A stretch of 64,000 bases of DNA from an uncultured Bdellovibrionales bacterium (GTDB lineage Bacteria > Patescibacteriota > Minisyncoccia > Moranbacterales > UBA9337). How positions within the stretch are numbered: the first letter of the stretch is position 1; each line of letters begins with the position of its first letter. Where the stretch lies: NCBI GenBank assembly GCA_964605525.1, contig CAZSCV010000006.1:434-64433 (forward strand), written 5' to 3'. Under the pieces are notes generated by a model. It ran no database searches. It was not told where the DNA came from and saw only the letters and a program-made list of their open reading frames with translations. Shown here in pieces: positions 45,760 to 56,028 of the stretch. The position numbers were made by a program, and so were the translations under genes.

Positions 45760-47394
45760 CTATTTTTCCATTGCTATTTTTATAAATTCCAAAAATAAAG
45801 GATGGGATTTAATCGGGCTTGATTGAAGTTCTGGGTGAAATTGCGTTGCCAAAAAAAATGGGTGTTCGGATTTTGGAAGCTCGACAATCTCCATCAACTT
45901 TCCATCCGGAGATTTTCCGGAAAATACCATTCCCCCTTTTTCAATCTGATCAATATATTTCGGATTAACTTCCCAACGGTGCCTGTGCCGCTCAGAAATC
46001 TTGCCTTTCCCATATGCTTTTTGCGCAATCGTCCCTTTTTTGAGGATTGCAGGATAACCTCCCAATCGCATCGTCGCTCCATAATTTCTATCCTCCAGAT
46101 TCTTCTTTTGCTCCGGCATAATATCAATAACCGGATTCTTCGTATCACGATCAATTTCAGTCGTATGCGCATCTTTTATTCCCAGTTTATGGCGAGAAAA
46201 CTCAACCACCGCCAATTGCATTCCATAACAAAGACCCAAAAATGGAATCTTATTTTCCCGGCAAAATTCAATCGTTTTTATTTTTCCTTCAACTCCTCGC
46301 GAACCGAATCCCCCCGGAACAACCACGCCGTCATATTGTCTGAGTTGCTCAATTTTTTCCGGCTCTTTTTCGAATTGTTCGCTGTTGATCCAATCCAATT
46401 GCGGTTTCACTTTATTTGCATAACAAGCATGCTTTACCGCTTCAATAACACTAAGATACGCATCGCTAAGCACAAAATCTCCAGTTCCAAAATATTTTCC
46501 CACTAATCCGATCCGTATCGGTTTTTTGGATTTTTTAATATTATCCACCAAATCATACCATTGTTTCAAATCGCTCTTGCGAGTTTTGAGTCCCAATTTC
46601 TTCAAAATCAACCGACTCAAATCATCCCGCTCAAAATTAATCAAAACTTCATAAATTGAATCAATATCCGGAGCGGAAATGACATAACGCTCAGGGACAT
46701 TACAAGAAATAGCAATTTTTTCTTTTCGTTTTTTATCCAAAAATGTTTCGCTTCTGGCAACAATCACATCCGGCTGGACGCCATATGAATTGAGGGTGCG
46801 TACTGCATATTGAGTAGGCTTAGTTTTCATTTCCCCTACCTTGGACGGGATCGGCAAATAACTCACCAAAACAAACATCACGTCGTCAGGATTCTTGAGG
46901 TGCATCATTCTAGCCGCCTCAATAAAGAGAATATTTTGATATTCTCCAACTGTTCCCCCAATTTCAATTAAAGTAATATCAGCGTCCGCTTTGCGCGAAG
47001 CTTTTTCAATTCTTCCGATTATTTCCTGCGGGATATGCGGAACCGCCTCCACGCAACTTCCGCCATATTCCAAATTGCGTTCCTTGTTGATTACTGATTG
47101 ATACACCATTCCGGAAGTCATATAATTTTCCGGGGGAAGAGCATCAATTCCCAAAAATCTTTCGTAATTTCCCATATCCTGATCGCATTCCATTCCACTA
47201 TCAAGAACAAATGTTTCTCCATGCTCGGTTGGATTCATTGTCCCGGCATCCACATTCAAATACGGATCAATTTTCATAGCTGTCACATTATACCCGCGCG
47301 CTTTCAGGATAGCCCCGATCGAAGAAGTGGTAATTCCCTTTCCTACTCCGCTCATCACCCCACCAATCACAAAAATATATTTTCTTTTTTTCAT
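45760..47394 (-). CDS. pyrG: CTP synthase
   Basis: GGVMSGVGKG, KIDPYLNVDAGTM, KTKPTQ, GLCYGMQ, ERHRHR, QFHPE. Confidence 0.98.
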   Translation of the reverse strand: MKKRKYIFVIGGVMSGVGKGITTSSIGAILKARGYNVTAMKIDPYLNVDAGTMNPTEHGETFVLDSGMECDQDMGNYERFLGIDALPPENYMTSGMVYQSVINKERNLEYGGSCVEAVPHIPQEIIGRIEKASRKADADITLIEIGGTVGEYQNILFIEAARMMHLKNPDDVMFVLVSYLPIPSKVGEMKTKPTQYAVRTLNSYGVQPDVIVARSETFLDKKRKEKIAISCNVPERYVISAPDIDSIYEVLINFERDDLSRLILKKLGLKTRKSDLKQWYDLVDNIKKSKKPIRIGLVGKYFGTGDFVLSDAYLSVIEAVKHACYANKVKPQLDWINSEQFEKEPEKIEQLRQYDGVVVPGGFGSRGVEGKIKTIEFCRENKIPFLGLCYGMQLAVVEFSRHKLGIKDAHTTEIDRDTKNPVIDIMPEQKKNLEDRNYGATMRLGGYPAILKKGTIAQKAYGKGKISERHRHRWEVNPKYIDQIEKGGMVFSGKSPDGKLMEIVELPKSEHPFFLATQFHPELQSSPIKSHPLFLEFIKIAMEK

Positions 47395-47471
47395 AAAATA
47401 AAGAGCCGCACCCCCTGCGACTTAAAAAATTATTAAAATTCCACAAAAATAAAAATGATTATTCCTTGCTT

Positions 47472-47912
47472 TCAAACGCTTATAACCTCCACTAAAATCT
47501 CACGATATACCCCTCCGCCCAGATTAATTTTCACCTTATGCTCTCCGACTTCTTTTATCACCTTGTCCAGTATAACACCTTTTTGATCAATTTCAAATCC
47601 TTCATTTTTTAACGCCAAAGCAACCTCTTTACCACTCACAGAACCAAAAAGTTTTTCTCCGCTACCCTTGGACCGAATAATAATCCGTTTGCCTTTCAGC
47701 TCGTTGGCAGTTTCTTGAATCTTTTTCTGTTCTGCTTTTTTTCTTTCTTCTTGTTTTAATTTGACCTGACTAATGTTCTGTATCACACCTTCAGTTGCCG
47801 CCTCTGCCAATTTTCGCGCAAACAAAAAATTGCGCGCATATCCTTCAGCCACCTCTTTGACTTCCCCAGCGCGTCCCAAATTTTTCACATCCTTTAATAA
47901 TACAATCTTCAT
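47472..47912 (-). CDS. rplI: 50S ribosomal protein L9
   Basis: [29 protein letters not shown]. Confidence 0.96.
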   Translation of the reverse strand: MKIVLLKDVKNLGRAGEVKEVAEGYARNFLFARKLAEAATEGVIQNISQVKLKQEERKKAEQKKIQETANELKGKRIIIRSKGSGEKLFGSVSGKEVALALKNEGFEIDQKGVILDKVIKEVGEHKVKINLGGGVYREILVEVISV

Positions 47913-47942
47913 ATTTTAAGATATTATAGCCACAAATAAAAA

Positions 47943-48599
47943 CTATTGCAACCCATCATCTTTACTTTCTTTATCTGGACATACATCTTTAAAACAAATT
48001 TGATTTTTGACAAAAAACAACATTATTATTCCCAGAACGGACAAAACTGCAATAGAAATAAAAACAGGAGCAAAACCAAATTTATCAGAAATCACCCCGC
48101 CAAAAAAAGCGGCGGCGGCACTTCCTAATCCCACAGAAGTATCATATACCCCCCACTCCAATCCTTCGTGCTGGCTGTCGACATTTTTCATAAAAACCGA
48201 CATCCAAGCCGGAACAGCTATCGCCGCTCCCAACCCATACAAAAACTGAACTAAATATAACTGCAAAGGACTAGACACTATTAAATATGAAAGAGAAACT
48301 ACGGCATACAACGAAACACCGACAATAATTGCCCAAAAATTGTCCTTATCTCCTTGTATCCTATCAATCAATGAAGCTGCCGGAATCTGAAAAAAACTTC
48401 TGGTAAAAAGATATATCGCCTCGGCTATTCCTAAAACTCTCAAATCCGCTCCTTCAATGGATCCGGTTATGTAAATAGCAAAAATAGGAGCAATTAAAGC
48501 GAATCCTCCAACAATAAACAAATCAGAAATAATTAAGAATCGAATTATTCTATTTATCTTTACAAATTTAAGATACAAATTTTTCATAAATACTTTCAT
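47943..48599 (-). CDS. Half-size (~6 TM) MFS-fold transporter
   Basis: Motif-A-like A.LIDR and GG.ISDKFG. Start uncertain (48599 or 48587). Confidence 0.75.
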   Translation of the reverse strand: MKVFMKNLYLKFVKINRIIRFLIISDLFIVGGFALIAPIFAIYITGSIEGADLRVLGIAEAIYLFTRSFFQIPAASLIDRIQGDKDNFWAIIVGVSLYAVVSLSYLIVSSPLQLYLVQFLYGLGAAIAVPAWMSVFMKNVDSQHEGLEWGVYDTSVGLGSAAAAFFGGVISDKFGFAPVFISIAVLSVLGIIMLFFVKNQICFKDVCPDKESKDDGLQ

Positions 48600-48606
48600 T
48601 AAAAGA

Positions 48607-49866
48607 TTAGTCCACTTCAATTTCATTGTTTTTGCAAATCTTGGCGTATTCCAATGCGCTGGAGCGGATTTTGCGTTCAAGTGTTTTATAATCCATTTCA
48701 ATAAGTCCAAAGCGGGGCCAAAAACCACGAACTTCTGGAAATTCATAATTATCCAGCAGAGACCAATGCAAATATCCTCTCACATCGACTCCTTCACTAA
48801 TCGCTTTATATACCTGAACAAGATGATCCTTGATAAACTTTTCTCTTTTTCGATCATTAGCATCAGCAATACCATTCTCAGTTATATAAACAGGAAGATC
48901 ATATTTTTTCAAACCAATCAAAACCTTATAAATTCCTTCTGGATGAATTTCCCAACCAAGATCATTTCTTTTTTCATCTAATAATTCCCTAAACATGTCA
49001 GGAGAAATTAATAAACGCGTATAATAATTGCAACCAATGAAATCTTCATAACCATTTGCCTTCTTAGTAAAATAGTTTGAAAAATATGTTGGGATTGCAG
49101 AAATAAATTTATCCAATGGCTTAAATAATTTTGATTCATATACATAATAACTATGAGCAAGACCAACATTTGCAGCTTCATCTATTTGATGAATAAGAGC
49201 ATAAGATTTTTTATAAACAGACAGAAGATTAAAATATGCCTTTAAAAAAGTTATGAGATTTTTCTTTGCTGGTGGCTGAGCCCCAGTCAAATATCCAAAA
49301 CCCAAACCCACATTAGGTTCATTAACAACAATCCAAAATTTTACATCGTTTTTTAATTCACTAACAATCTTTTCAACAAATCTTAAAAAATATTTCTGAG
49401 ATTTTTTATTTATCCATCCTCCTTTTTCGTTGAACCAAACCGGCTCCGTCCAATGCCAAAGTGTCACAAAAGGCTCCATCCCTCGTTCTTTTAGAGCAAG
49501 AATGACTTTGCGATAATGCTCAATTTCTTTTTCATCAAATTTCCCCTCTTCGGGTTCAATACGCGACCATTCGATTGAAAATCTGTGCGCATTATGACCA
49601 AGTTCTTTGGCAATTTCAAAATCCTCTTCGTAGCGGTTATAATGGTCGCAAGCGCGGCCGGAAATATAATTTTCTTTTTCAAACATTTCCGGAAATTTTT
49701 CTTGTTGCCATTTTTTCCATTTTTTCCCAGCTTCTTCCGCCAATCTTTCGGCATTTTCTTTTTCCCACTCAGTCCAATTATTCCTCAAACCACCTTCAAC
49801 TTGATGTGCCGAAGTAGAAGCCCCCCACAAAAAACCTTTTGGAAATTTGAGTTTTTTAGTTTCCAT
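48607..49866 (-). CDS. Glycoside hydrolase family 1 (beta-glucosidase-like)
   Basis: FLWGASTSAHQVEG, RFSIEWSR, NEP acid/base, ITENG nucleophile, WSLLDNYE. Confidence 0.95.
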   Translation of the reverse strand: METKKLKFPKGFLWGASTSAHQVEGGLRNNWTEWEKENAERLAEEAGKKWKKWQQEKFPEMFEKENYISGRACDHYNRYEEDFEIAKELGHNAHRFSIEWSRIEPEEGKFDEKEIEHYRKVILALKERGMEPFVTLWHWTEPVWFNEKGGWINKKSQKYFLRFVEKIVSELKNDVKFWIVVNEPNVGLGFGYLTGAQPPAKKNLITFLKAYFNLLSVYKKSYALIHQIDEAANVGLAHSYYVYESKLFKPLDKFISAIPTYFSNYFTKKANGYEDFIGCNYYTRLLISPDMFRELLDEKRNDLGWEIHPEGIYKVLIGLKKYDLPVYITENGIADANDRKREKFIKDHLVQVYKAISEGVDVRGYLHWSLLDNYEFPEVRGFWPRFGLIEMDYKTLERKIRSSALEYAKICKNNEIEVD

Positions 49867-50488
49867 TTTTATTTTTTACCAATCGATTATATATTCCGTA
49901 TTTCGAAACCACTTCCCGCAAAATCAAAGTTATCGCAAAAGAAACTGCAATCGCCAGACCCGTATTGATATTTTTCAAAAGATAAAAAGACAACGCGCCC
50001 CAAAATGCCGAAAAAACATAATTTGATCCGTGCGTGAGCGAAAGCGGAACACCTCCCATAATCGCATCGCGAATCAAACCCCCGCCAAATCCGGTGAGCA
50101 TCCCCAAAAAAACCGAAACCAAAAGCGAATTCAAAGAAAAATGATTACCTCCGAACAAAAAAGAATTGGAAATTGAAACTCCAATAATCACAAACGCCGC
50201 CAACCCGACCGAATCAATAAAACGAAAAAAGGAATATTTTTTCTCAAAAAATGACGGTGCCGCATAAATCACAACTCCCGCCAAAATCGCCACCAATAGA
50301 TAATTTGGATCTTTGAAATAAAAAAGCGGAGTCCTGCCGATTGCCACATCACGAAAAGTTCCCCCGCCAACCGCCGTAATAATTCCCAAAAAAATCACAC
50401 CGAAAATGTGCAATCGCGCACCCTTAGCCTTGTACGCCCCCGTCACCGCAAATGCAAATGTCCCTAATAAATCCAAAAAATACAGCAT
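49856..50488 (-). CDS. TRIC/UPF0126 family membrane protein
   Basis: TAVGGGTFRD and TGFGGGLIRD duplicated motifs. Confidence 0.9.
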   Translation of the reverse strand: MLYFLDLLGTFAFAVTGAYKAKGARLHIFGVIFLGIITAVGGGTFRDVAIGRTPLFYFKDPNYLLVAILAGVVIYAAPSFFEKKYSFFRFIDSVGLAAFVIIGVSISNSFLFGGNHFSLNSLLVSVFLGMLTGFGGGLIRDAIMGGVPLSLTHGSNYVFSAFWGALSFYLLKNINTGLAIAVSFAITLILREVVSKYGIYNRLVKNKNGN

Positions 50489-50502
50489 ATGGTTTTTAAT
50501 TC

Positions 50503-51138
50503 CTATCTTTTCTCCAAAATTTCCAGAATTCTGCCAATTTTTTCCCTATCCAACTGTTCCAATTTTTTCGAAATGGCGCAGATTTCTCTTTCTGCCTTTT
50601 TGTCCGTCGCCAAATCCATTTCCCATTTTTTCCGATCCCGCTCCGCATCCCGATTCTGGCTCATCATAATAATCGGCGCTGCATACGCCGCTTGAAAACT
50701 AAGCGCCAAATTCAAAAGAATAAACGGATATGGATCCCAATGATTCATCCAAGCCACTACATTCAAAACAACCCAAATTCCAAAAATAATACTCTGAATT
50801 ATGATAAACTTCCAGCTTCCAATTACTGCCGTTATTCTGTCCGATGCCTTTTCTCCAAAACCAAGCTTACTATTTGAATGTCTGGGCGCGATATTGTTTT
50901 TAACAATCGGATTATTTTTTCCAATCGCACAGCAACACGCCCACTTTTGAATCAATTGAAATAAGAAATAAACAAAATTGGCAGATACAACGAAAATGAA
51001 AAATGCCACAGACACCAAAGCTAGTGTAAAAAAGAAAAAATCCTCCGCTCCAAAAAAGGCATAAATAATATTGTGCAAAAGCAAGGAAGATATGAAAACT
51101 GCCAATGACCACCAAATTATGCTTATTCTTTTTTTCAT
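50503..51138 (-). CDS. DUF1003 family membrane protein
   Basis: GSWKFI, DPYPFILLNL.LS.QAAYAAPIIMMSQNR. Confidence 0.9.
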   Translation of the reverse strand: MKKRISIIWWSLAVFISSLLLHNIIYAFFGAEDFFFFTLALVSVAFFIFVVSANFVYFLFQLIQKWACCCAIGKNNPIVKNNIAPRHSNSKLGFGEKASDRITAVIGSWKFIIIQSIIFGIWVVLNVVAWMNHWDPYPFILLNLALSFQAAYAAPIIMMSQNRDAERDRKKWEMDLATDKKAEREICAISKKLEQLDREKIGRILEILEKR

Positions 51139-51210
51139 TTTTATTTTATTTTATTTTTACTACATTTGCATAATACCACAATAATCTGAATTTTTCAAAA
51201 TTTAAAATCA

Positions 51211-51238
51211 AAAAACCGCCTGATTTTTCAGGCGGCTT
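51211..51238 (-). terminator. Terminator downstream of serS
   Basis: CCGCCTGA...TCAGGCGG stem followed by TTTTTT on -. Confidence 0.75.
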
Positions 51239-51251
51239 AAGCAGTGTCTTC

Positions 51252-52568
51252 TTATTTTTTCTCAATTTTTTCCATATTATTCGGCATCCATTTTCGCAGC
51301 GCCTCCGGGATTATGACGCTTCCATCTTGCTGTTGATAATTTTCCAAAATGGCGATTATTATTCTTGGGGAAGGGATGGCAGTATTGTTAATCATATGGA
51401 CAAAATTCTTTTTCCCTTCGCTGTTTTTGTACCGCACATTCAACCTTCTCGCTTGCCAATCCAAAAAATTCGAAGCTGATCCTGTTTCCCCCCAGCGGTT
51501 CATTCCCGGCATCCACGCTTCCAAATCAAACATTTTGTATTTTCCAGCACTCATATCCCCGGTACAAATACTCAAAACGCGATAAGGCAATCCCAAATCC
51601 CGATGAAGCTCTTTGGAAATCTCCACCATCTCCAAGTGCATTTTATTTGAATCATCAATATTATTTTTCGTAAGGCAGACCTGTTCCACTTTCATAAATT
51701 CATGCACGCGATACAAGCCTTTGGTATCTTTTCCATAACTTCCAATCTCACTGCGATAGCACTGAGAAAACCCGCAAAATTTTACCGGAAGCTGGGACTC
51801 ATCCAAAATTTCATTAGCATAATACGCCAACAAAGAAGGCTCGGCTGTGCCCACTAGAAATTTATTCTCTTTATTTATTCCGCCTTCTTCATTTTTATCT
51901 ATATTTTCAATTTTATATATCTCATCAACTTCAGGATCGAAATTCTTTCCGGAAAAATATCCCGTCCCGAAAAGCACGAATTCTTTTACCAGAGTTGGAG
52001 GAATAATCGGAGCAAATCCTTTTTGAACCAATTTTTCCAAAGTAAACATCATCAGTGCCATCTGCAAACTTGCTCCTTCATTTTTCATATAATAACCCCG
52101 ATATCCGGCAACTTTAGCCCCTCGTTCGAAATCAATAATATCCAAATCTTTCGCAATTTCAATATGCGTCTTGGGTTCAAAATCGAATTTTAAAATTTCT
52201 CCTGATTTTTCAATTTCAACATTATCCTTTTCATCTCTTCCAACTGGAGTATCTTCTGAAGGAATATTCGGAACTTTCACCATCATGTCATCAAAATTTT
52301 TCTGTGTTTTTTCCAATAGCGGTTCCAGCCTTAACAATTTTTCTTTTACTTCTTTTCCTCTTTCGATAACCGATTTTTTATCTTCAGCCCTCTGCATATC
52401 TTCATTAATTTTGTTTTTCTGAGCCTGAAGTTCTTCAATTTCTTGCATCATTTTCACGCGTTCTCTATCCATTTCCAAAAGACGATCCAAATCAAGATTG
52501 ATATTTTTGTTTTCAATAGCCTTTTTCAATTCCTGGCTATTTTCTCTGATAAATTTAATATCCAACAT
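51252..52568 (-). CDS. serS: Serine-tRNA ligase
   Basis: MLDIKFIREN, GTAE, YRSE.GS.GKDTKGLYRVHEF.KVEQ, H..NNT. Confidence 0.97.
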   Translation of the reverse strand: MLDIKFIRENSQELKKAIENKNINLDLDRLLEMDRERVKMMQEIEELQAQKNKINEDMQRAEDKKSVIERGKEVKEKLLRLEPLLEKTQKNFDDMMVKVPNIPSEDTPVGRDEKDNVEIEKSGEILKFDFEPKTHIEIAKDLDIIDFERGAKVAGYRGYYMKNEGASLQMALMMFTLEKLVQKGFAPIIPPTLVKEFVLFGTGYFSGKNFDPEVDEIYKIENIDKNEEGGINKENKFLVGTAEPSLLAYYANEILDESQLPVKFCGFSQCYRSEIGSYGKDTKGLYRVHEFMKVEQVCLTKNNIDDSNKMHLEMVEISKELHRDLGLPYRVLSICTGDMSAGKYKMFDLEAWMPGMNRWGETGSASNFLDWQARRLNVRYKNSEGKKNFVHMINNTAIPSPRIIIAILENYQQQDGSVIIPEALRKWMPNNMEKIEKK

Positions 52569-52709
52569 AAAATCATTTTAACTTTTTAACATACTAGCAT
52601 ATTAGCATTTATTCCCTATTTTTGCAATAAAACATTGACACATCCGACGCTTCGTCCTAAACTGAAACAACGTAAAAAATATTCCGCTAATCCTTCAAGA
52701 AAAAAAATA

Positions 52710-53114
52710 ATGTCCCAAAAAAAATTTCAGGAAAAATTCAAAGTGAAAAAATCCGGCTCCGGACTCGGTCTTTTTGCCGAAAAAGATTTTAAAAAAAATG
52801 ACTTCGTAATTGAATATACCGGGGAAATTATTTCTGAAAAAGAAGCCGAGAAACGCCAAGGAAAATATCTTTTTACCATAAATTCAAAGTGGTGCATCGA
52901 CGGAAAAGAAAGAAAAAACATCAGTCGCTATATCAATCATTCTTGCCGACCAAACTGCGAAGCTCGCTTATCGGGAAAAAAAGTTTTTATTTATGCCAAG
53001 AAGAAAATCCTCCCGGGAGATGAGTTGACTTACAATTATGGAAAAGAATACTTTGACGAATTCATCAAGCCTTATAGTTGCAAATGCCAAGCTTGCCAAA
53101 AGATACCATTTTAA
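52710..53114 (+). CDS. SET-domain lysine methyltransferase-like protein with post-SET Cys
   Basis: GLGLFA, EYTGE, RYINHSC.PNC, ELTYNY, CKCQAC. Confidence 0.92.
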   Translation: MSQKKFQEKFKVKKSGSGLGLFAEKDFKKNDFVIEYTGEIISEKEAEKRQGKYLFTINSKWCIDGKERKNISRYINHSCRPNCEARLSGKKVFIYAKKKILPGDELTYNYGKEYFDEFIKPYSCKCQACQKIPF

Positions 53115-53319
53115 AAAAAATACTCCCTTGGTCTTTTCAACTGCAATAAGCTTCAGTTTTAAAAAAAATAATAAATTTTTATTTTTACTCTTGTCTTTGT
53201 GCGTATAAAAAAAGAACTCCGTACTCAAACCAACCGAAAATTAGAAAAACAAGATAAATATAGCCAAAAGAGGCAATTGGAAAAATAAAAATTTATTATT
53301 TTTTTAAAATTTATATTTT

Positions 53320-53760
53320 TCAAATATCAACCAAGAATAATTTATTTTTCAATTTCGAGGACTTATATATCTCTGATTTGTATGCTTTCAAGCGAAAAAT
53401 CTCCGTTTTATCCAATTCAAACTCCCTTAATTTTTCTTCCAACTCTTCAATAAAAAATTTCTGGTCATATCCCAAGCAAATCACGTCCGGTTTGTGCTTT
53501 TTTATGATTGCATATTTATCTCCCAAACCTCCCAAAACAACTTCGTCCGCCAAGGCGCTTTTCTGAATCATTCTCATTCGTGCTTGTTCCTTGTTTTTTG
53601 TATCTTGTTTTTTGAAAACTTTGACTGTTTTATCCCGCGCCACGACCACAATCAAATAATCCCCGAATTTCCTTGCCTGCCGCAAAAAACTCCGGTGCCC
53701 CGGATGGAAAATATCAAAAGTCCCGAAAACCATCACTTTCTTTTTTCCGCTCTTATCCAT
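53320..53760 (-). CDS. Cytidylyltransferase-like nucleotidyltransferase (RibL-type FAD synthase-like)
   Basis: GTFDIFHPGH, VVVARD, KPDVICLGYDQ, SSK. Confidence 0.85.
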   Translation of the reverse strand: MDKSGKKKVMVFGTFDIFHPGHRSFLRQARKFGDYLIVVVARDKTVKVFKKQDTKNKEQARMRMIQKSALADEVVLGGLGDKYAIIKKHKPDVICLGYDQKFFIEELEEKLREFELDKTEIFRLKAYKSEIYKSSKLKNKLFLVDI

Positions 53761-54347
53761 TATTTTTTAACACTGTCCAAATATTTTTTAATTCCCAATC
53801 CCCGATGGCTGATTTGCGCTTTTTCATCCTCGGAAAGTTCGGCATAATTTTTTCCAAAATGCAAAGAGTGGAAAATCTTATCATAACCGAAATCCGCTTC
53901 GCCACGAAATTCATCCGTAATGTATCCCTCCGCTTTGTTTTCAAATTCAAAAAAATCATCATTTTCAGGGCTATAAATCGCCAAAGCGCCGATATATCGG
54001 CAAGTCCTTTCCTTTTCCGGAATATGTTTCAATTTTTCCTGCAATTTCAAGCATCGATCCAAATCAGTTCCATGATGCCATCTTTTCGAATGAAGTCCCG
54101 GAGCGCCGGAAAGCGCATCGACAAAAAGACCCGTGTCATCAGACAAAGAAACCAGACCGGACTTTTTTCCAAAATACTCCGCTTTCTTTTTCGCATTTTC
54201 CATCAGCGTTTCAGCATCTTCCTCGACATCATCAAAAATACCAACATCAGAAAGTGAAACCAATTCAAAATCAGCCCCATGGATTTTGAAAATTTCTCGA
54301 AACTGGTCAAGTTTATTTTTATTGGTTGTCGCAATCAATAATTTCAT
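53760..54347 (-). CDS. rdgB: Non-canonical purine NTP pyrophosphatase (Ham1/RdgB family)
   Basis: ATTN..K, ENA.KKA, DDTGL.VDAL.GAPG..S.R, FGYD, SHRG. Confidence 0.9.
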   Translation of the reverse strand: MKLLIATTNKNKLDQFREIFKIHGADFELVSLSDVGIFDDVEEDAETLMENAKKKAEYFGKKSGLVSLSDDTGLFVDALSGAPGLHSKRWHHGTDLDRCLKLQEKLKHIPEKERTCRYIGALAIYSPENDDFFEFENKAEGYITDEFRGEADFGYDKIFHSLHFGKNYAELSEDEKAQISHRGLGIKKYLDSVKK

Positions 54348-54778
54348 TTTATTTTGCTCAAATCTCCGTTAATAATAATCGGCTGCACCGCCTCGATTTC
54401 ATCCAAGTATCCACACTCTTCTTTTTTTGGATACGGATTATACATAAAAATCTTTTTATTATTTACATAAGCAAATCCCAATTCCATCAGTACGTTTCCT
54501 CCGATATAATTTTCCTTACCATTTTTTTCTAAATTAACAACCAAAACCGCATCACTAGAAACAATTGCATTGTAATACCATCTAATGTAATCATTTTCAA
54601 TCTTGGCTTTGGCATGTTCTCCATTTTCTACCAAACTCCAAATTTCCTGCCTCTTTCCTTGAACAAAATCCTCATAATGCGGATGAATCACAGCATCATG
54701 CCCCATTTCTATCAACTCTTTTTTAAGAGCAACTTTTTTTTCCTTAAATGCGCTACTCCCTAATATAGTAATCCTCAT
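54344..54778 (-). CDS. Nucleoside 2-deoxyribosyltransferase-like protein
   Basis: I.I.GS, I..SDAVLV.N, YIG.NV.MELGFAY..NKKIF. Confidence 0.6.
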   Translation of the reverse strand: MRITILGSSAFKEKKVALKKELIEMGHDAVIHPHYEDFVQGKRQEIWSLVENGEHAKAKIENDYIRWYYNAIVSSDAVLVVNLEKNGKENYIGGNVLMELGFAYVNNKKIFMYNPYPKKEECGYLDEIEAVQPIIINGDLSKIK

Positions 54779-54805
54779 ATGTATGTTTATTTTAAAAAAA
54801 AATTA

Positions 54806-55393
54806 TTATTTAATTTCTATTCCCATTTTCTTAAGCATCTCCACGACGCATTCGATTGGAATCCCCCGCGTCAGATTATTATAGCTGCCGGAAATATTTT
54901 TCACAAAAGTCGCGCTGTAATGCCCGAGCGGATCAAACCCAAGCGCATAAGTGCTGAATTTATCGTCTTGACTCAGATATTTTTCAATTTCTTTCTCATC
55001 AATATCTCGCATATTCACATCGGTTTTCACAACGGATTTCATAGTTCTCCCGTTTTCAGCATCAACTAAAAAAATTCCCGTGTAAAATTGAAACGACTTC
55101 CCGGAAAGATTTTTCAGCCTTTTTTCCGCGTCTTTTTTTGATTTTGGTTTTTCCAATATCTTTCCGTCAAACCACCCGACGGAATCAAAACCGACAACAA
55201 TCCCTTCGTTGACTTTTTCTGCCACCACCTGCGCTTTTTGCCTAGCAAGCTCTTGCACAAGTTCCTCAGGGCTATCAGGCCTTCCCTCAAATTTTTCTTC
55301 GATTTCACTATCCATTGCCTCAAAATCAATCCCAATTGAGCGAAATAATTCCTGTCGATAAGGCGAAGTAGTCGCCAAAATTATTTTTTTCAT
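54806..55393 (-). CDS. maf: Maf family nucleoside triphosphate pyrophosphatase
   Basis: IILATTSPYRQEL, LARQKA, DSV...G.ILEKP, LSGK, G.P. Confidence 0.9.
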   Translation of the reverse strand: MKKIILATTSPYRQELFRSIGIDFEAMDSEIEEKFEGRPDSPEELVQELARQKAQVVAEKVNEGIVVGFDSVGWFDGKILEKPKSKKDAEKRLKNLSGKSFQFYTGIFLVDAENGRTMKSVVKTDVNMRDIDEKEIEKYLSQDDKFSTYALGFDPLGHYSATFVKNISGSYNNLTRGIPIECVVEMLKKMGIEIK

Positions 55394-55448
55394 AACAAGT
55401 AAAAAAAAATCAGCTTTTATTGAAAAATAAACATAATTCAATTTATCA

Positions 55449-55488
55449 TATTACCATATTTTGAAATGTTGAAATATTGTAATATTTC
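55449..55488. repeat. 40-bp direct repeat, copy 1 (upstream of maf)
   Basis: TATTACCATATTTTGAAATGTTGAAATATTGTAATATTTC, identical to 56029-56068. Confidence 0.92.
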
Positions 55489-55547
55489 ACAATTTTATAA
55501 TTTTAACCGTACTATATATCTACTGCTTATTGCCTGCCTGTTTCATA

Positions 55548-55961
55548 TCAATTGAACAAATTTTTTATAAAACGATGATAAGGATATTTATCCAGCAAGC
55601 TTTCGGGATTATATGTCATTTTGTTTTTTGTCTTCTTGTTTTTACCTACTTCGTCCACTTTAGTCTTAATCAATTTTTCATAATCGCTCCCCTTGCTGTG
55701 CACCCATCTGTCAATTTGTTGAATTGTATTATTCCCAACATTCAATTTTTTCCTGATATTTTCATAATTCTCTCCTTCCAGTATCATTTTGGCGATTTGA
55801 ATTCTTCTGGCAAGCATTAACGATTCACTGGGCGTAAAAAGTCCCAAGAGAAAATCCACAATTTCCTTTTTGGTTTTCAATTTTGATATGACTTCAAACA
55901 TACCGTCAATAGCGACATATTTTTCTTTATGATCAATCTGATACGGATTAACTTTTGCCAT
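55548..55961 (-). CDS. TrpR-like YerC/YecD HTH regulator
   Basis: FL..LFTPSE..MLARRIQIAKM...G..YE.IR..L.VG..TI. Confidence 0.85.
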   Translation of the reverse strand: MAKVNPYQIDHKEKYVAIDGMFEVISKLKTKKEIVDFLLGLFTPSESLMLARRIQIAKMILEGENYENIRKKLNVGNNTIQQIDRWVHSKGSDYEKLIKTKVDEVGKNKKTKNKMTYNPESLLDKYPYHRFIKNLFN

Positions 55962-56028
55962 CTTATTTTGAATTACTTTTTTATATTATCCGAATCTATC
56001 CCCACTATATATCCTCACTATATATCAT

